From Acidobacteriota bacterium (GTDB taxonomy: Bacteria; Acidobacteriota; Blastocatellia; RBC074): DNA of 64,000 nt. The stretch spans positions 869-64,868 of the forward strand of contig JACPYM010000099.1 in the NCBI GenBank assembly GCA_016196035.1. The letters are read 5' to 3'. The notes beneath the pieces are model-generated. The model had not been told where the DNA came from. It made no database searches and was given only the letters and a program-made list of their open reading frames with translations. Shown piece by piece: positions 46,511 through 56,699 of the stretch. The number at the start of each line of letters is the position of its first letter. The stretch's first letter is position 1. The position numbers and the translations under genes were made by a program.

Positions 46511-46959
46511 GTTATTACCTCCTGCTTGATGCCGGTCCGCTTGGACTGGTAACGAACCCGAAAGCCATTGGTGAGCCTTTTCGCGCCGCACAATGGCTTT
46601 ACACGCAGCAACAGCAGGCCCGCAAAATTCTGCTCCCGGAGATTACCGATTACGAAGTGCGGCGGGAATTAGTGCGCGCGGGCAAGTCACGCGGCATCGC
46701 CAGACTCAACCAATTCAAAATTGATCTCGGTTACTTACCCCTAACCACCACGGCGATGTTGCTGGCGGCTGATCTCTGGGCGGAATCACGCCGCCAGGGT
46801 CGCCCTAACGCCCCCGATCAGGCGCTCGACGCCGATGTCATCCTCGCCGCGCAAGCTCTGCTGATTCAAAATGCCGGTCACCAGGTCACGGTCGCCACCA
46901 CCAACGTCAAACACCTCGAACTTTTCGTTGACGCTCGCCTTTGGAGCGACATCGCCTGA
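46507..46959 (+). CDS. PIN-domain ribonuclease (VapC-like toxin).
   Basis: LLLDAGPLG (first acidic residue), DADVILAAQAL and VATTNVKHL match PIN-domain conserved blocks. Confidence 0.65.
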   Translation: MSYYLLLDAGPLGLVTNPKAIGEPFRAAQWLYTQQQQARKILLPEITDYEVRRELVRAGKSRGIARLNQFKIDLGYLPLTTTAMLLAADLWAESRRQGRPNAPDQALDADVILAAQALLIQNAGHQVTVATTNVKHLELFVDARLWSDIA

Positions 46960-46976
46960 CGCAGTACACCGCGCGC

Positions 46977-48026
46977 ATGCCCGACAATCCCCAAAACATC
47001 CTGGTCATCCACGTTGCCGGTCTGGGCCAAACCGTCATGGCCTTGCCTGCCTTGCGCGCCTTGCGCCAACACCTGCCCACCGCGCGCATCACCGTTGCCA
47101 CCAGCACCAGTGCCGCCGGCGTGATTTGCCTGGCCCATTGCGCCGATGAAGTGTTGCCGGTCGGACGTTTGCGCGGCGGCGAAGTCCTGGCCCCGCGTTC
47201 GGCCTATCGCAGCAGCAAAACTTTGGGCGAAATCAAACGCGGCTATTACGACCTGGCCATTGAGTTGCAGCGCAACACCGAGGCGGGCGTCTTGCTCCAA
47301 CTGGCACAGGCGCGCGAACGGCTGGATCGGCGGCGCAATACGCTCAGCCACGGCCTGAGCGTGGTCATCGAACGCGCCACGCAACAACTCATCAAAGCAC
47401 CCAAACTCACGCACGACGCGCACGCCTATTTGCGCAAGCTGGAACCGCTTGGCGTCCGTCCCGTCGAAGCCGAGCCGCGTTTGACCACCGACCGCGAGGC
47501 CGATGCCCGGCTGGAACGCTTGCTCACCAAACACGGCGTGCAATCCGGCGAGTTGTTGATCGGGATTCATCCGGGCGCGGGGCGTAAGAAACCGCGCTGG
47601 GAATTCGGCCACTTCGTCAATCTGGCGGCACGGCTGCATCACAATTTCAATGCGCGGCTGCTGATCTTCTCAGGTAAGGGGGCGGGCCTCGGCGAGCGCG
47701 GGCTGGCGCGCCGTTTGGTCAGTGAATTGCCGGGCAAGAGCGCCATCGCCTTTGAAGCGCCCAAGCTGCCCGATCTGGTTTCGGCCCTGGCGCGGCTGAG
47801 TTTATTCGTCGGCAACCACAGCGGCCCGGCGCATCTGGCCGCCGCGGCGGGCGCGCCCGTCGTCGTCATTTCCCCACATCCTGAAGCGACCGCGCAGGAT
47901 GTGCTGGGGCAGCGGCAAATTCACGTGCGCGCACCGCACATTTCGATGATTACCGAAGAGGCCGTTTATCACGCCGCTTGCCAACTGCTGCAATCCAATC
48001 GTGCTTCGGTGTTGAGCGCACGTTAG
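46977..48026 (+). CDS. Glycosyltransferase family 9 (ADP-heptose:LPS heptosyltransferase-like).
   Basis: ILVIHVAGLGQTVMALPALRALRQ... is a GT9 N-terminus. The C-terminal half has GNHSGPAHLAAAAGAPVVV. Confidence 0.75.
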   Translation: MPDNPQNILVIHVAGLGQTVMALPALRALRQHLPTARITVATSTSAAGVICLAHCADEVLPVGRLRGGEVLAPRSAYRSSKTLGEIKRGYYDLAIELQRNTEAGVLLQLAQARERLDRRRNTLSHGLSVVIERATQQLIKAPKLTHDAHAYLRKLEPLGVRPVEAEPRLTTDREADARLERLLTKHGVQSGELLIGIHPGAGRKKPRWEFGHFVNLAARLHHNFNARLLIFSGKGAGLGERGLARRLVSELPGKSAIAFEAPKLPDLVSALARLSLFVGNHSGPAHLAAAAGAPVVVISPHPEATAQDVLGQRQIHVRAPHISMITEEAVYHAACQLLQSNRASVLSAR

Positions 48027-48035
48027 CCTTGCCAC

Positions 48036-49994
48036 TCACTTCGTATAACTAAATTCCCACCACTCGCTTTTTGCGCCCGCGCGGCCTTGCGCATCCACCG
48101 CCCAGACGCGCCAGCGGCCCGGTTGTGCGCCCATGAAGCTAAACGTGAGTTGTGTTTCCTGGATGCCGCTGTAAAGGCTCTCGCTGCGGCCTTGATGATC
48201 GGTATTCCAACGTTGCATGAACCAATCTACTTCGACGCCATAAGCCACGGCGCCAGGTACCGGCTCCCAACTTAATACTGTTTTTCGCGGATAATGGTTG
48301 AAGACCGTTTTGGGCGCGGGCGCCAGCAATTTGGGCGCAGGCAGGCTGGCGCGTTCTTCTGCTGGCGGCTCGACATCAAAGCTGCGCAATTCAGACCACT
48401 CGCCCCATTGCCCGTTCAGCTTGGCGCGCACGCGCCAGAGCCAACCGCGCCGCAAGGCCTCTGGTACGTAGCCGGAACTAAAACTCGTAGTGAAGTTCGA
48501 ACTGCGCAAAGCGTCATTGTCAATCAATGCAAAAGTCGCACCTGGCCCGCGCACATAAAGCTGATAATCGCTGACGCCCGGACAGTCCGACCAATCGAAT
48601 TCCCAGAAATGGAAGCTGTTTTTATCGCTCCGTCCATTCATCAGACTGGCATTGGGCGCGGGCGTCAGCAACTTTGGCACGCAGGCTTGTGACGCCGCGG
48701 CGGAGTTTGTCGCTTCAAGGCCTTGCAGCGCCTGCTCAATGCCCGCGCGTAATTCAGTTTCGCGACGTGAACTGCGGTACGACTCTGCGATCTTGCCGTC
48801 GCGCGTGAGGAAAAACGTGTGCGGGATGCTGTTGTTGAGTTCAAACAAAACATCGGCGCGTTGCAGCGGATCGAGCCAAAACCGATAGCTGTAGCCTTTG
48901 GTCTTGAGAAACTGGCGTACAACGGCAGGCTCTTCAGCACTCACACCCACCACCACGACAGCTTTGTCTTTGTATTCCTGCTGCAATTTTTCCAGGTACG
49001 GCATTTCAGCCAAACACGGCCCGCACCAGGTCGCCCAAAAGTTAAGCACGACCACTTTGCCGCGCAAATCCTGCAAGCTGACCGTCTCGCCGTCCAAATC
49101 TTTCAGCGGAACGAGCGGCGCTTCTTTGCTGCGCCAGCGCGCCAAATCAAGTGCAGGCCGCTCGCCCGGCGAACGGCGCGGCTGGCCTTCACCGGGCTGT
49201 ACAAACCAATGCACTTCTCTGGCGCGGGCGGGCGGCAGAAACGCGAATTCACTGTCCGGCAGCGGCTCATTCACACGATAGTCCGTGCATTCAAAAGTGA
49301 GGCTCGACTCTGTCATTCCAATTTGGTTCGGCATGTAGCGTTTGGTGTAAAACGTTTCGCGTAACACCACGAAGCTTTGCTGCTCAATCCAATAGGTGGT
49401 CTGATACTCCTCACCTTCTTGCAACGGTTCAATCGAACGGGATTCGACCACAAAACAAAGATGCTTCTGCCCTGCCACCAGCAACGCTTCATCGGCCAGC
49501 AAGCGCGTCGTCGCGGCATTTGGATCACCGAGGCCATCATACCGATCCAAGCGCAGGCCAAGCCGTTGCCAAAGCGCGCTCCCAATCAAACTCGCGGCTT
49601 CACCCCGCCAGGGCGGTTTCAGTTCATCCAGCGAGACCGCCGCTTTGCGCACGTATTGTTGCAAAGCCGGTTTATACGCCCAGGTCAGTTTGCCATCACT
49701 GCCTGCCTGCCAAGCATCGTAAGCATCGCGCCGTTCCGCCCGCCAGATTTGCGGGCTACGCACCGCCAGCAGCAATGAAGCTTCTTGCAATGTTTCGTAG
49801 CGCCCGCCATTGTCCTTCATCTTCATGCTAGAGATCGTCCGATAGGCAAACCGATAGTTGCTGCGATTGCGATATGTCTCTGCCACCTTCCGCAGAATTT
49901 CGTTGGCCTCCGCTCGCCCGGTTTGCGCAAACGCAGGGTCACATAGCCCCCAAACAAAAAGAGTACAGAACAGGACGAGTCTGAATTGACGCAT
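48036..49994 (-). CDS. Multidomain secreted thiol:disulfide oxidoreductase (TlpA/redoxin family, WATWCGPC), with a LolA-like N-terminal domain and two C-terminal beta-sandwich repeats.
   Basis: ATG at 49994 and signal peptide MRQFRLVLFCTLFVWGLCDPAFA. Thioredoxin fold with the WATWCGPC active site. Two roughly 80-aa C-terminal repeats (PKLL.PAP...W.F.W.... W.WRV.A). Confidence 0.7.
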   Translation of the reverse strand: MRQFRLVLFCTLFVWGLCDPAFAQTGRAEANEILRKVAETYRNRSNYRFAYRTISSMKMKDNGGRYETLQEASLLLAVRSPQIWRAERRDAYDAWQAGSDGKLTWAYKPALQQYVRKAAVSLDELKPPWRGEAASLIGSALWQRLGLRLDRYDGLGDPNAATTRLLADEALLVAGQKHLCFVVESRSIEPLQEGEEYQTTYWIEQQSFVVLRETFYTKRYMPNQIGMTESSLTFECTDYRVNEPLPDSEFAFLPPARAREVHWFVQPGEGQPRRSPGERPALDLARWRSKEAPLVPLKDLDGETVSLQDLRGKVVVLNFWATWCGPCLAEMPYLEKLQQEYKDKAVVVVGVSAEEPAVVRQFLKTKGYSYRFWLDPLQRADVLFELNNSIPHTFFLTRDGKIAESYRSSRRETELRAGIEQALQGLEATNSAAASQACVPKLLTPAPNASLMNGRSDKNSFHFWEFDWSDCPGVSDYQLYVRGPGATFALIDNDALRSSNFTTSFSSGYVPEALRRGWLWRVRAKLNGQWGEWSELRSFDVEPPAEERASLPAPKLLAPAPKTVFNHYPRKTVLSWEPVPGAVAYGVEVDWFMQRWNTDHQGRSESLYSGIQETQLTFSFMGAQPGRWRVWAVDAQGRAGAKSEWWEFSYTK

Positions 49995-50306
49995 CGGTAA
50001 GCCTCCTTGCAATGCTCGTTGCTGGGTGTTTGGATTGCGGCTGGACGCACAACCCACCTTGGTAAATGACGGCGCGATACTAACGCTACGACAGATAGAG
50101 CGCCAGCTTTGAGTTGTATGACTCAAGCTGAATCAATCGATTTTTTGCACCCGACTGTTAATCCGGCAGCGTTCTTTTCGTTGTGCAAAGCAGCGCGGCA
50201 ACTGCGTGAACACCCGCCAAACAAATGCGAACCCGCTGGCGGGCCGCGCCGTACAGGAGTCAGTACCCGCAACCATTCGCTTATCAAAGACACACAGGGG
50301 GCGCCG

Positions 50307-51551
50307 ATGCGCAGTTACGTTTCCTTTTATTTTGATGCTTTCAAGCTGGCCGTGCAGGCGATCTTCGCGCACAAGTTGCGCGCCTTCTTGACGCTGATCG
50401 GCATCATCATCGGGGTCGCTTCGGTCGTGGTCGTGGGCGCTTCGATCAATGGCTTGAATGCTTATGTACTCACAACCGTCTCGAAGATGCTGGGCGCGAA
50501 CCACTTCATGATTGCGCGCATCGCGGTCAATGGCCGCCTCTCAGAAGAAGAGTGGGAGAAGATGAATCGCCGCAACAAGCGCCTTTACCTCGACGACTTT
50601 GAATGGCTGAAGGAGCGCTGCAAGCAGTGCGCCGAGGTCGGCGTGGACATCAACACGCGCGTCAAGCTCAATTACGAAGGCCAGGAAATGCTCGGCACAC
50701 AGGCGCTGGGCGTGAGCGCCAATATGGGCGTGATCGAAAACAAGGACATCGGCGAAGGCCGCTTCATCTCAGAGAGCGAAGAAAAAAACTCCGCCCTGGT
50801 CACCGTCATCGGCGCGGATGTGCGCGATAAGTTTTTTCAGGGCGCTGACCCGGTCGGCAAAGAGTTAAAAGTCCAGGGTTGCCCGCTGCGCATCGTCGGC
50901 GTCGAAACGCGGCGCGGCTCCATGTTCGGCAGTTCGCTCGACAACAATCTGTACATGCCCATCACCACCTTCGGCCATATTTTTGGCCGCCGCCAGAGCA
51001 TCCGCTTGCACGGCAGCGCCACCCAGCAAGAGCAATTCAACGCCGCGATGGATGAAGCCCGCCAGGTCATGCGCAATCGTCACAAACTGGTCGGCAACGA
51101 AGAAGACGATTTCGGCCTGGTCAACACCGGGGACATCAAGAATCAGGTGGATCAATTCACCGGCACGATCGCGCTGGTCGTCACGCCCGTGACGCTGCTG
51201 TCGTTGCTGGTCGGCGGCATCGTCGTGATGAACATCATGCTGGTCAGCGTCACCGAGAGAACCTTCGAGATCGGCTTGCGCAAGGCCGTGGGTGCGCGGC
51301 GCGGCCAGATTCTGCTGCAATTCATGATCGAATCGGCGCTGCTCTCTTCGGTCGGCGGAATGCTGGGCTTGCTGCTAGCGTCGGCGATTGCGTGGGCCGT
51401 CAAGCTGAACACGCCGATCCCGATGGTGGTGACGGCGGGTTACATCTTGCTGGCGCTGGCGGTCTCCGGCGGCATCGGCATGATCGCGGGCATATATCCG
51501 GCCTTCAAAGCCTCGCGGCTCGATCCTATCGTGGCGTTATCGAAAAGTTGA
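50307..51551 (+). CDS. ABC transporter permease of the FtsX/MacB/LolCE type (permease only).
   Basis: N-terminal TM ([20 protein letters not shown]), a large periplasmic domain, and a C-terminal FtsX-like 3-TM bundle. Confidence 0.8.
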   Translation: MRSYVSFYFDAFKLAVQAIFAHKLRAFLTLIGIIIGVASVVVVGASINGLNAYVLTTVSKMLGANHFMIARIAVNGRLSEEEWEKMNRRNKRLYLDDFEWLKERCKQCAEVGVDINTRVKLNYEGQEMLGTQALGVSANMGVIENKDIGEGRFISESEEKNSALVTVIGADVRDKFFQGADPVGKELKVQGCPLRIVGVETRRGSMFGSSLDNNLYMPITTFGHIFGRRQSIRLHGSATQQEQFNAAMDEARQVMRNRHKLVGNEEDDFGLVNTGDIKNQVDQFTGTIALVVTPVTLLSLLVGGIVVMNIMLVSVTERTFEIGLRKAVGARRGQILLQFMIESALLSSVGGMLGLLLASAIAWAVKLNTPIPMVVTAGYILLALAVSGGIGMIAGIYPAFKASRLDPIVALSKS

Positions 51552-51564
51552 AAAACTGTGAAGA

Positions 51565-51778
51565 GAGATTACGGAACAGACGGAAATAACGGAACAGACG
51601 GAAGCTCGAACCACACAAATGAAACATGGTTTTCACCACGAAGAAACGAAGGACACGAAGAAGAGCGGGAGTTTGCCGAAACCGTTTCGCGCGCTTCGTT
51701 ACTTCGTGGTTGTAACAGAGCCAATGCCCTGCTTAGCGGTTCCGTCTGTTCCGTTATTTCCGTCTGTTCCGTAATCTC
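51565..51778. repeat. 38-nt perfect inverted repeat (gagattacggaacagacggaaataacggaacagacgga) flanking a 125-nt spacer that itself contains CACGAAG-type hairpins.
   Basis: Arm 1 at 51565-51602, arm 2 at 51741-51778. Lies between the two permease genes. Confidence 0.8.
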
Positions 51779-51804
51779 GTTCTCCCTGCTGAAAGGCAAA
51801 GAGC

Positions 51805-53112
51805 ATGCAAAAAGAACTCGAAATTCCATTGCCTATGTCACGCAAGCCCGCCCGGATTTGGCGCATCCTGCATTGGCTGCCGCTGGATACGATCAGGATG
51901 GCGCTGGATACGGTGCGCTCGAATAAGTTCCGCAGCTTCCTGACCGTGCTCGGCATCGTGATCGGGGTGACGGTGGTGATTGCGGTCGCTTCGATCCTGA
52001 CGGGCATGCGCCGCAGCATCATCAACATGGTCGAAGAGTACGGCACGAATAACATCTATGCCTTTCACCTCTCGACCGGCCCGCAGGTGGGCGACCGTGA
52101 CCGCGCCGAGTATTACCGCAAGCCGCTCACCCCCGAAGACGCCGACGCCATCCGCGCGCAGGCCGACGCCGTCGAAGCCGTCGCCAATGCGGGTTTTCTT
52201 TGGATGGTTGACCGGACGATCAAATACAACGGCGTCTCGTACAAACAAGGCGACCTGCAAGGCGTTTCCTCTCAATACGAGCGCGTCGCCAACATCAGTC
52301 TGACCGAAGGCCGTTTCATCAGCCCGGTGGATGACGAACATCGCCGCAACGTCATGGTCGTGGGCGTGAATGCCGCCGAAGCGCTCTTCCCCCATCAAAG
52401 CACTATCGCGGGCCGCACGGTCGCCTGGCTGGGCAAGGAATTTGAAGTCATCGGCGTGCTGGAAAAGCGCAAGTCCGGTTTCTTTGGCGAAAACGAAGAG
52501 GACAACGCCGTCTTCGTTCCCTTTGAGACCGCGCGCAAACTGGCCCCGCGCAGCGAATGGATGATGATGAACATCCGCGCCAAATCGGGCCGCCTGGCCG
52601 ATGCCTACGATCAAGTCGAACAAATTCTGCGGCGACAGCGCGGTTTGAAATTCAACGAGCCGAACAATTTCGACCTCAATACCGCCGACCGCATCGTCAA
52701 ACAATTCGACAGCATCACCGCCGCCATCGGTATCTTTGCCATCGCCATTTCCGCCGTCGGGCTGCTGGTCGGCGGCATCGGCGTAATGAACATCATGCTG
52801 GTCAGCGTCACCGAACGCACCCGCGAAATCGGCGTGCGCAAAGCCCTCGGCGCCACCCGCCGCGACATCGTGCGCCAGTTCCTGTTTGAAGCCATGACAC
52901 TGACGTTTTTGGGCGGCCTGCTCGGCGTGTTGCTGGCAATTGGCGTCAGTTACATTTTGATGTGGGCGGTGCCCGCGATTCCGGCGACGATTCCGCTCTG
53001 GGCCGTCGGGACAGGCGTCTCGGTTTCGATTCTGGTGGGCTTGATTTTCGGCGTGTGGCCGGCGCGCAAGGCTTCGCGGCTCGATCCGATTGAGTGTTTA
53101 CGCTATGAATAA
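51805..53112 (+). CDS. Second FtsX/MacB-type ABC transporter permease (paralog of 50307-51551).
   Basis: Same architecture ([20 protein letters not shown] ... C-terminal FtsX). Confidence 0.8.
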   Translation: MQKELEIPLPMSRKPARIWRILHWLPLDTIRMALDTVRSNKFRSFLTVLGIVIGVTVVIAVASILTGMRRSIINMVEEYGTNNIYAFHLSTGPQVGDRDRAEYYRKPLTPEDADAIRAQADAVEAVANAGFLWMVDRTIKYNGVSYKQGDLQGVSSQYERVANISLTEGRFISPVDDEHRRNVMVVGVNAAEALFPHQSTIAGRTVAWLGKEFEVIGVLEKRKSGFFGENEEDNAVFVPFETARKLAPRSEWMMMNIRAKSGRLADAYDQVEQILRRQRGLKFNEPNNFDLNTADRIVKQFDSITAAIGIFAIAISAVGLLVGGIGVMNIMLVSVTERTREIGVRKALGATRRDIVRQFLFEAMTLTFLGGLLGVLLAIGVSYILMWAVPAIPATIPLWAVGTGVSVSILVGLIFGVWPARKASRLDPIECLRYE

Positions 53113-53190
53113 AGGCAGGCGCATTGCTTGACGACTTGCCGGTGTCCTCCGCGGTTTTCCTTTTCTTGCGTGGTACCGCGACTTGCCGGG

Positions 53191-53847
53191 TTAGCAGTCG
53201 AAACTTCCATAACGCTCCAGACACTTGCGCAACGAAACCATGCCCGTGCGAATGCGCGTTTTGACCGTCCCCAGCGGCAGCGCGAAACGTTCGGCCAATT
53301 CGCTGTGGCTCAAGCCTTCGAAATAAGCCGTCTCGATCAACAGGCGTTGTTCGGGCGTGAGTTGCGTGAGCGCCTGCCGGACAAGCTTGGAACGTTCGTT
53401 GAGCAGGCTGTTGGCTTCCGGCGAATCTGTCACGGCAGCGACGGTCAGGCTGACGGTTTCGAGGTCATCGCTTTCGCGCAGTTGCCCCGCCGAAGCGCGC
53501 CAACGGTCGAGCGCCCGGCTGCGCGTGATCGTCATCAGCCACCCCCACACCGAACCGCGCGCCGTGTCATAACTCGCAGCCTGCCGCCACACTTGCAAAT
53601 AAACGTCGAGCAACACTTCTTCCGCCGTCGCCGGATTTTTGAGCATCCGCAACAACAACCCATAAACCTGCCGCTGCGTCGCATCATAAAGTTTCGTAAA
53701 AGCCGCCTGATCGCCCGCCGCGCTGGCTGCCATCCATTGACCCAATTGTTTTTGCAGCGCAGCCGTTTCCGTCTTAGCGTTCGCGCGCCGCGCCGCGCCG
53801 GTAAGAGCCGCGCCAGCACGGGCAGGTTGTGGGGTAGAAAGTTGCAT
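53191..53847 (-). CDS. ECF-subfamily RNA polymerase sigma-70 factor.
   Basis: Region 2 (YDATQRQVYGLLLRMLKNPATAEEVLLDVYLQVW) and region 4 (LTPEQRLLIETAYFEGLSHSELAERFALPLGTVKTRI). AGGAGAG RBS. Confidence 0.85.
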   Translation of the reverse strand: MQLSTPQPARAGAALTGAARRANAKTETAALQKQLGQWMAASAAGDQAAFTKLYDATQRQVYGLLLRMLKNPATAEEVLLDVYLQVWRQAASYDTARGSVWGWLMTITRSRALDRWRASAGQLRESDDLETVSLTVAAVTDSPEANSLLNERSKLVRQALTQLTPEQRLLIETAYFEGLSHSELAERFALPLGTVKTRIRTGMVSLRKCLERYGSFDC

Positions 53848-53862
53848 GATATCTCTCCTGCG

Positions 53863-54120
53863 TTAATCATCTGGTTCGGTTTCGCTCGCTGGCGCGATGT
53901 CAGCCACGGGGGTGACTTGCCGACTAATTTGTGTGATCCGTTCAAGGGCGGCGGCGGGCGTCAGCGCGCGCCAGTGTTCGCCGGTCTGAATATGTTCGAC
54001 ATCGAAGACGACCCGCTCGGCTGGCCCTGCTTCACGAATCACCCAACAACGCACCAAAAATGAACTGTACAGTTTCATTGCTTCGTCTCGCTTGCTCAGT
54101 GACACGTCATTCCCGAACAT
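53863..54120 (-). CDS. Small hypothetical protein immediately upstream of the ECF sigma gene (15-bp gap).
   Basis: ORF only. No RBS or recognisable domain. Confidence 0.3.
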   Translation of the reverse strand: MFGNDVSLSKRDEAMKLYSSFLVRCWVIREAGPAERVVFDVEHIQTGEHWRALTPAAALERITQISRQVTPVADIAPASETEPDD

Positions 54121-54341
54121 GTCAGCGTAGGCAAGTTACACAGGTCGGCTTCCCCGGTTGTTCCCGCACGCTCCAATGGCGCTTCCAGCCAGCTTCCAAA
54201 TGAGTTCCAACCCTGAAGGCATTTGAGCCGGCACGGTTTAACGGCAAGCTGCACGCAAAATAATTCTTTCTGTAAATTTGAGAATTCCCCGGCTAAGGCG
54301 CGCTATACAAGATGATAGGGGTCAAGAGGAGACAACAGCTT

Positions 54342-56699
54342 TCAATTCAACCCAAGGCGTTGGAGGAGCGCTTGAAAGCGCGGTTCGTTGCGCAACGGAT
54401 CGAACTTGGGTTCGACCGCCAACAGCACGAGTGCGTCGGCGTGCTCTTCGACGGCTTTGGCGAGCAGGTCGAACGCGCGTTCTTTTTCGCCCAAGCCGAC
54501 GGCCAGGATGGCGAGGTAATAAGCCGATACATAGCGTTGCTGGCCGAGCGTTTGCAGCTTGTTGGCCACCGCCAGCGCCTCTGCACGATTGCCCGCCGTA
54601 GCCAATCCGTGGCCCAAATAGGTGAGCGTCGCAGGCGTTTCGTCTATTTGTGCGGCGCGCCGGAATTCAACTAGCGCCTGCGCGCGGTCGCCTTTCTGTT
54701 CGTAAGCCCAGCCGAGGAAGAAGTGCGCGAAGGCAAAATTTTGATCAAGTTCGAGCGTGCGTTTGAGCTGGTCAATCGCCTCGTCATAACGCCGCGCGAA
54801 ATAAGGCAGCAAGCCTAGATTGGCGTTGATGATGAGCGAAAGCGGATCGAGTTGCTGAGCCTGTTTGAGTTCGACCAGGGCTTCGGCATTGCGCTGGCGA
54901 TACGCCAGCAACAGTCCGTACCACTGGTGCGCCGAAGCGTAATTGCCATCCAGCGCAATCGCGCGTTTGAACGAACGCTCGGCTTCGGCGTAATTCCAAT
55001 CGTAGCGCCATTGCACGATGCCCAGCGAAGCGTGCGCGGCGGCGAGTTGATCGTCGAGCGCCAACGCTTTTTCCACGGCTGCGCGCGCGCGCGGAATGGC
55101 TTCGCTCGGCGGGCGTTCCAACCCCGACAACGTATGCCAGGCATCGGCCAGCCCGACGTAAGCCAACGCGAACTGGGGATCGAGTTGGATGGCCCTGTCG
55201 AATTCCTCAACCGCGCGTTTGGTTTCCGGGATGGTGCGGCGGTTCCAATGATAGCGACCTTTCAGATAAGCCTGCCACGCTTCGTTGCTGTGCGTCGCCC
55301 GCGTTTCGCTGCGGGTGCGCTCTTCGTCGGTCAGACGCTGGCGCAACTTGCCCGTGATGTCGCGCGTGATGAGCGTTTGCAACGCCAGCAATTCCGCCGG
55401 GCGGCCTTTGTAACTATCGCCCCACAATTGCGCGCCGTTTTTTGCGTCAATCAGATCGGCCTGAATTTGCAACTCATCGCCGCGTTGCTGCACGCGCCCG
55501 GTCAGAATGGCTTGCACCTGCAACTGTTGCCCCAACGTTTGCGGATCGAATTCGCGCCCCTTGAACCGAAAGGCCGTGGTGCGCGCCAACACCCGCAAGC
55601 CCGGCAAGCGCGACAGATTGTTGATGAGGCTTTCCGTGATGCCGTCGCTGACATATTCATCACCGCCACTGTTGGTGAAGGGCAGCACGGCGAGGGCTTC
55701 GATTTGCGTGCTTGCGGGCCGCAGCCAATACCGCCACGCGCCGAACGCAGCCACGCACAAGACAATTGCGCCAACCACAGCGTAAAGCCTACGCCGCGCT
55801 TTAACCGGTGCCGCGACGGTTTCCGCGGCAACTGGCGCTTCAGCCAATAGCACCGGAGCCAGCGCCGGAGCCAGCGCCGCCGCGCTGAAATCACCGCTCG
55901 CGCGCGGCCCGCTTGCCAACGCAGCGCCTGTGAATTGCCCCGCCACAATCTGTTCGTACAACGCCGTCGTGGCCGGTTCCGGTTCGGCGTCGAGTTCCCT
56001 GCGCACGGCTTCGCGGCAGCGTTGGTATTGTTCGATGGCCTGATGGCGGCTGCCGCTGCGTGCGTAAAGCTCCATCAGGCGGCGCTGCGCTTCTTCGTTG
56101 GCGGCGTTAAAGCCGAGCAGCCGTTGCCACTGTTCGATGCTTTGGGCCGTTTGTCCGCCGCTTTCGTAAAGTTGCGCCAGATGTTCGAGCAAGCGTTGCG
56201 CCAGCCGCCGCAACTGTTCGCGCCGCGCCACGGCCCAGTCTTCGTACCGGTCTTCTTCGAGCAAATCGCCCGCATAAAGCGCCAAGGCCGTCTCGCACGC
56301 GCCGCTGTCAGCCCCTTTCAACGCCGCCGCCGCCTGTTGCTCAAAGGCTTCGACATCAATCCACAAGGCGCCGTGCAACTGCACGTGCTGCTCGTAAGTT
56401 TGCAGGAAGCGCGATTGCGCGCCGCTTTTCAGATCGGGTTCGAGCGCGCGCCGCGCCGCGTGCAAGGCTTTGTTCAGATTATTGGCGGCCAGTTCGGGTT
56501 CGAGTTCAGGCCAGAGGGCTTCCATCAATTGCTCGCGGTGCAACTGATGCTGCGGGGCGAGCGCCAGCAATTTGAGCAGGGCTTTGGCCTTGCGCCGCAT
56601 CCAATGCCGTTCGGCCACCACCGTGCCGTTCACGGCGATGCTGGCCGCGCCGAGCAGCCGCAGTTCGAGTTTGTCAGGCGTTTGGGGAGTTGAATTCAT
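54342..56699 (-). CDS. Membrane-bound transcriptional regulator: winged-helix (OmpR/SARP-type) DNA-binding domain, a BTAD, a TM segment, then a periplasmic TolB-N-like domain and TPR repeats.
   Basis: LELRLLGAASIAVNG...RRKAKALLKLLALAP is an SARP/OmpR-type wHTH. Then a BTAD-like helical region and a TM (LYAVVGAIVLCVAAFGAW). LAVLPFTNSGGDEYVSDGITESLINNLSRLPGLRVLAR is the TolB-N-like module. C-terminal TPRs follow. Confidence 0.7.
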   Translation of the reverse strand: MNSTPQTPDKLELRLLGAASIAVNGTVVAERHWMRRKAKALLKLLALAPQHQLHREQLMEALWPELEPELAANNLNKALHAARRALEPDLKSGAQSRFLQTYEQHVQLHGALWIDVEAFEQQAAAALKGADSGACETALALYAGDLLEEDRYEDWAVARREQLRRLAQRLLEHLAQLYESGGQTAQSIEQWQRLLGFNAANEEAQRRLMELYARSGSRHQAIEQYQRCREAVRRELDAEPEPATTALYEQIVAGQFTGAALASGPRASGDFSAAALAPALAPVLLAEAPVAAETVAAPVKARRRLYAVVGAIVLCVAAFGAWRYWLRPASTQIEALAVLPFTNSGGDEYVSDGITESLINNLSRLPGLRVLARTTAFRFKGREFDPQTLGQQLQVQAILTGRVQQRGDELQIQADLIDAKNGAQLWGDSYKGRPAELLALQTLITRDITGKLRQRLTDEERTRSETRATHSNEAWQAYLKGRYHWNRRTIPETKRAVEEFDRAIQLDPQFALAYVGLADAWHTLSGLERPPSEAIPRARAAVEKALALDDQLAAAHASLGIVQWRYDWNYAEAERSFKRAIALDGNYASAHQWYGLLLAYRQRNAEALVELKQAQQLDPLSLIINANLGLLPYFARRYDEAIDQLKRTLELDQNFAFAHFFLGWAYEQKGDRAQALVEFRRAAQIDETPATLTYLGHGLATAGNRAEALAVANKLQTLGQQRYVSAYYLAILAVGLGEKERAFDLLAKAVEEHADALVLLAVEPKFDPLRNEPRFQALLQRLGLN

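Noticed and set aside
46878-47642. 254-aa minus-strand ORF opposite the heptosyltransferase.
   Set aside because: Antisense to a GT9 gene with conserved motifs. No independent support.
51838-52704. 288-aa minus-strand ORF opposite the second FtsX permease.
   Set aside because: Antisense artefact. The plus-strand product has clear TM and FtsX architecture.
53128-54063. 311-aa plus-strand ORF covering the ECF sigma gene.
   Set aside because: Antisense to a clearly recognisable sigma-70 region 2 and region 4 gene. Composition is R/A/P-rich with no start context.
54852-55850. 332-aa plus-strand ORF opposite the membrane regulator.
   Set aside because: Antisense to a gene with wHTH, BTAD, TolB-N and TPR architecture. 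Arg-rich composition.
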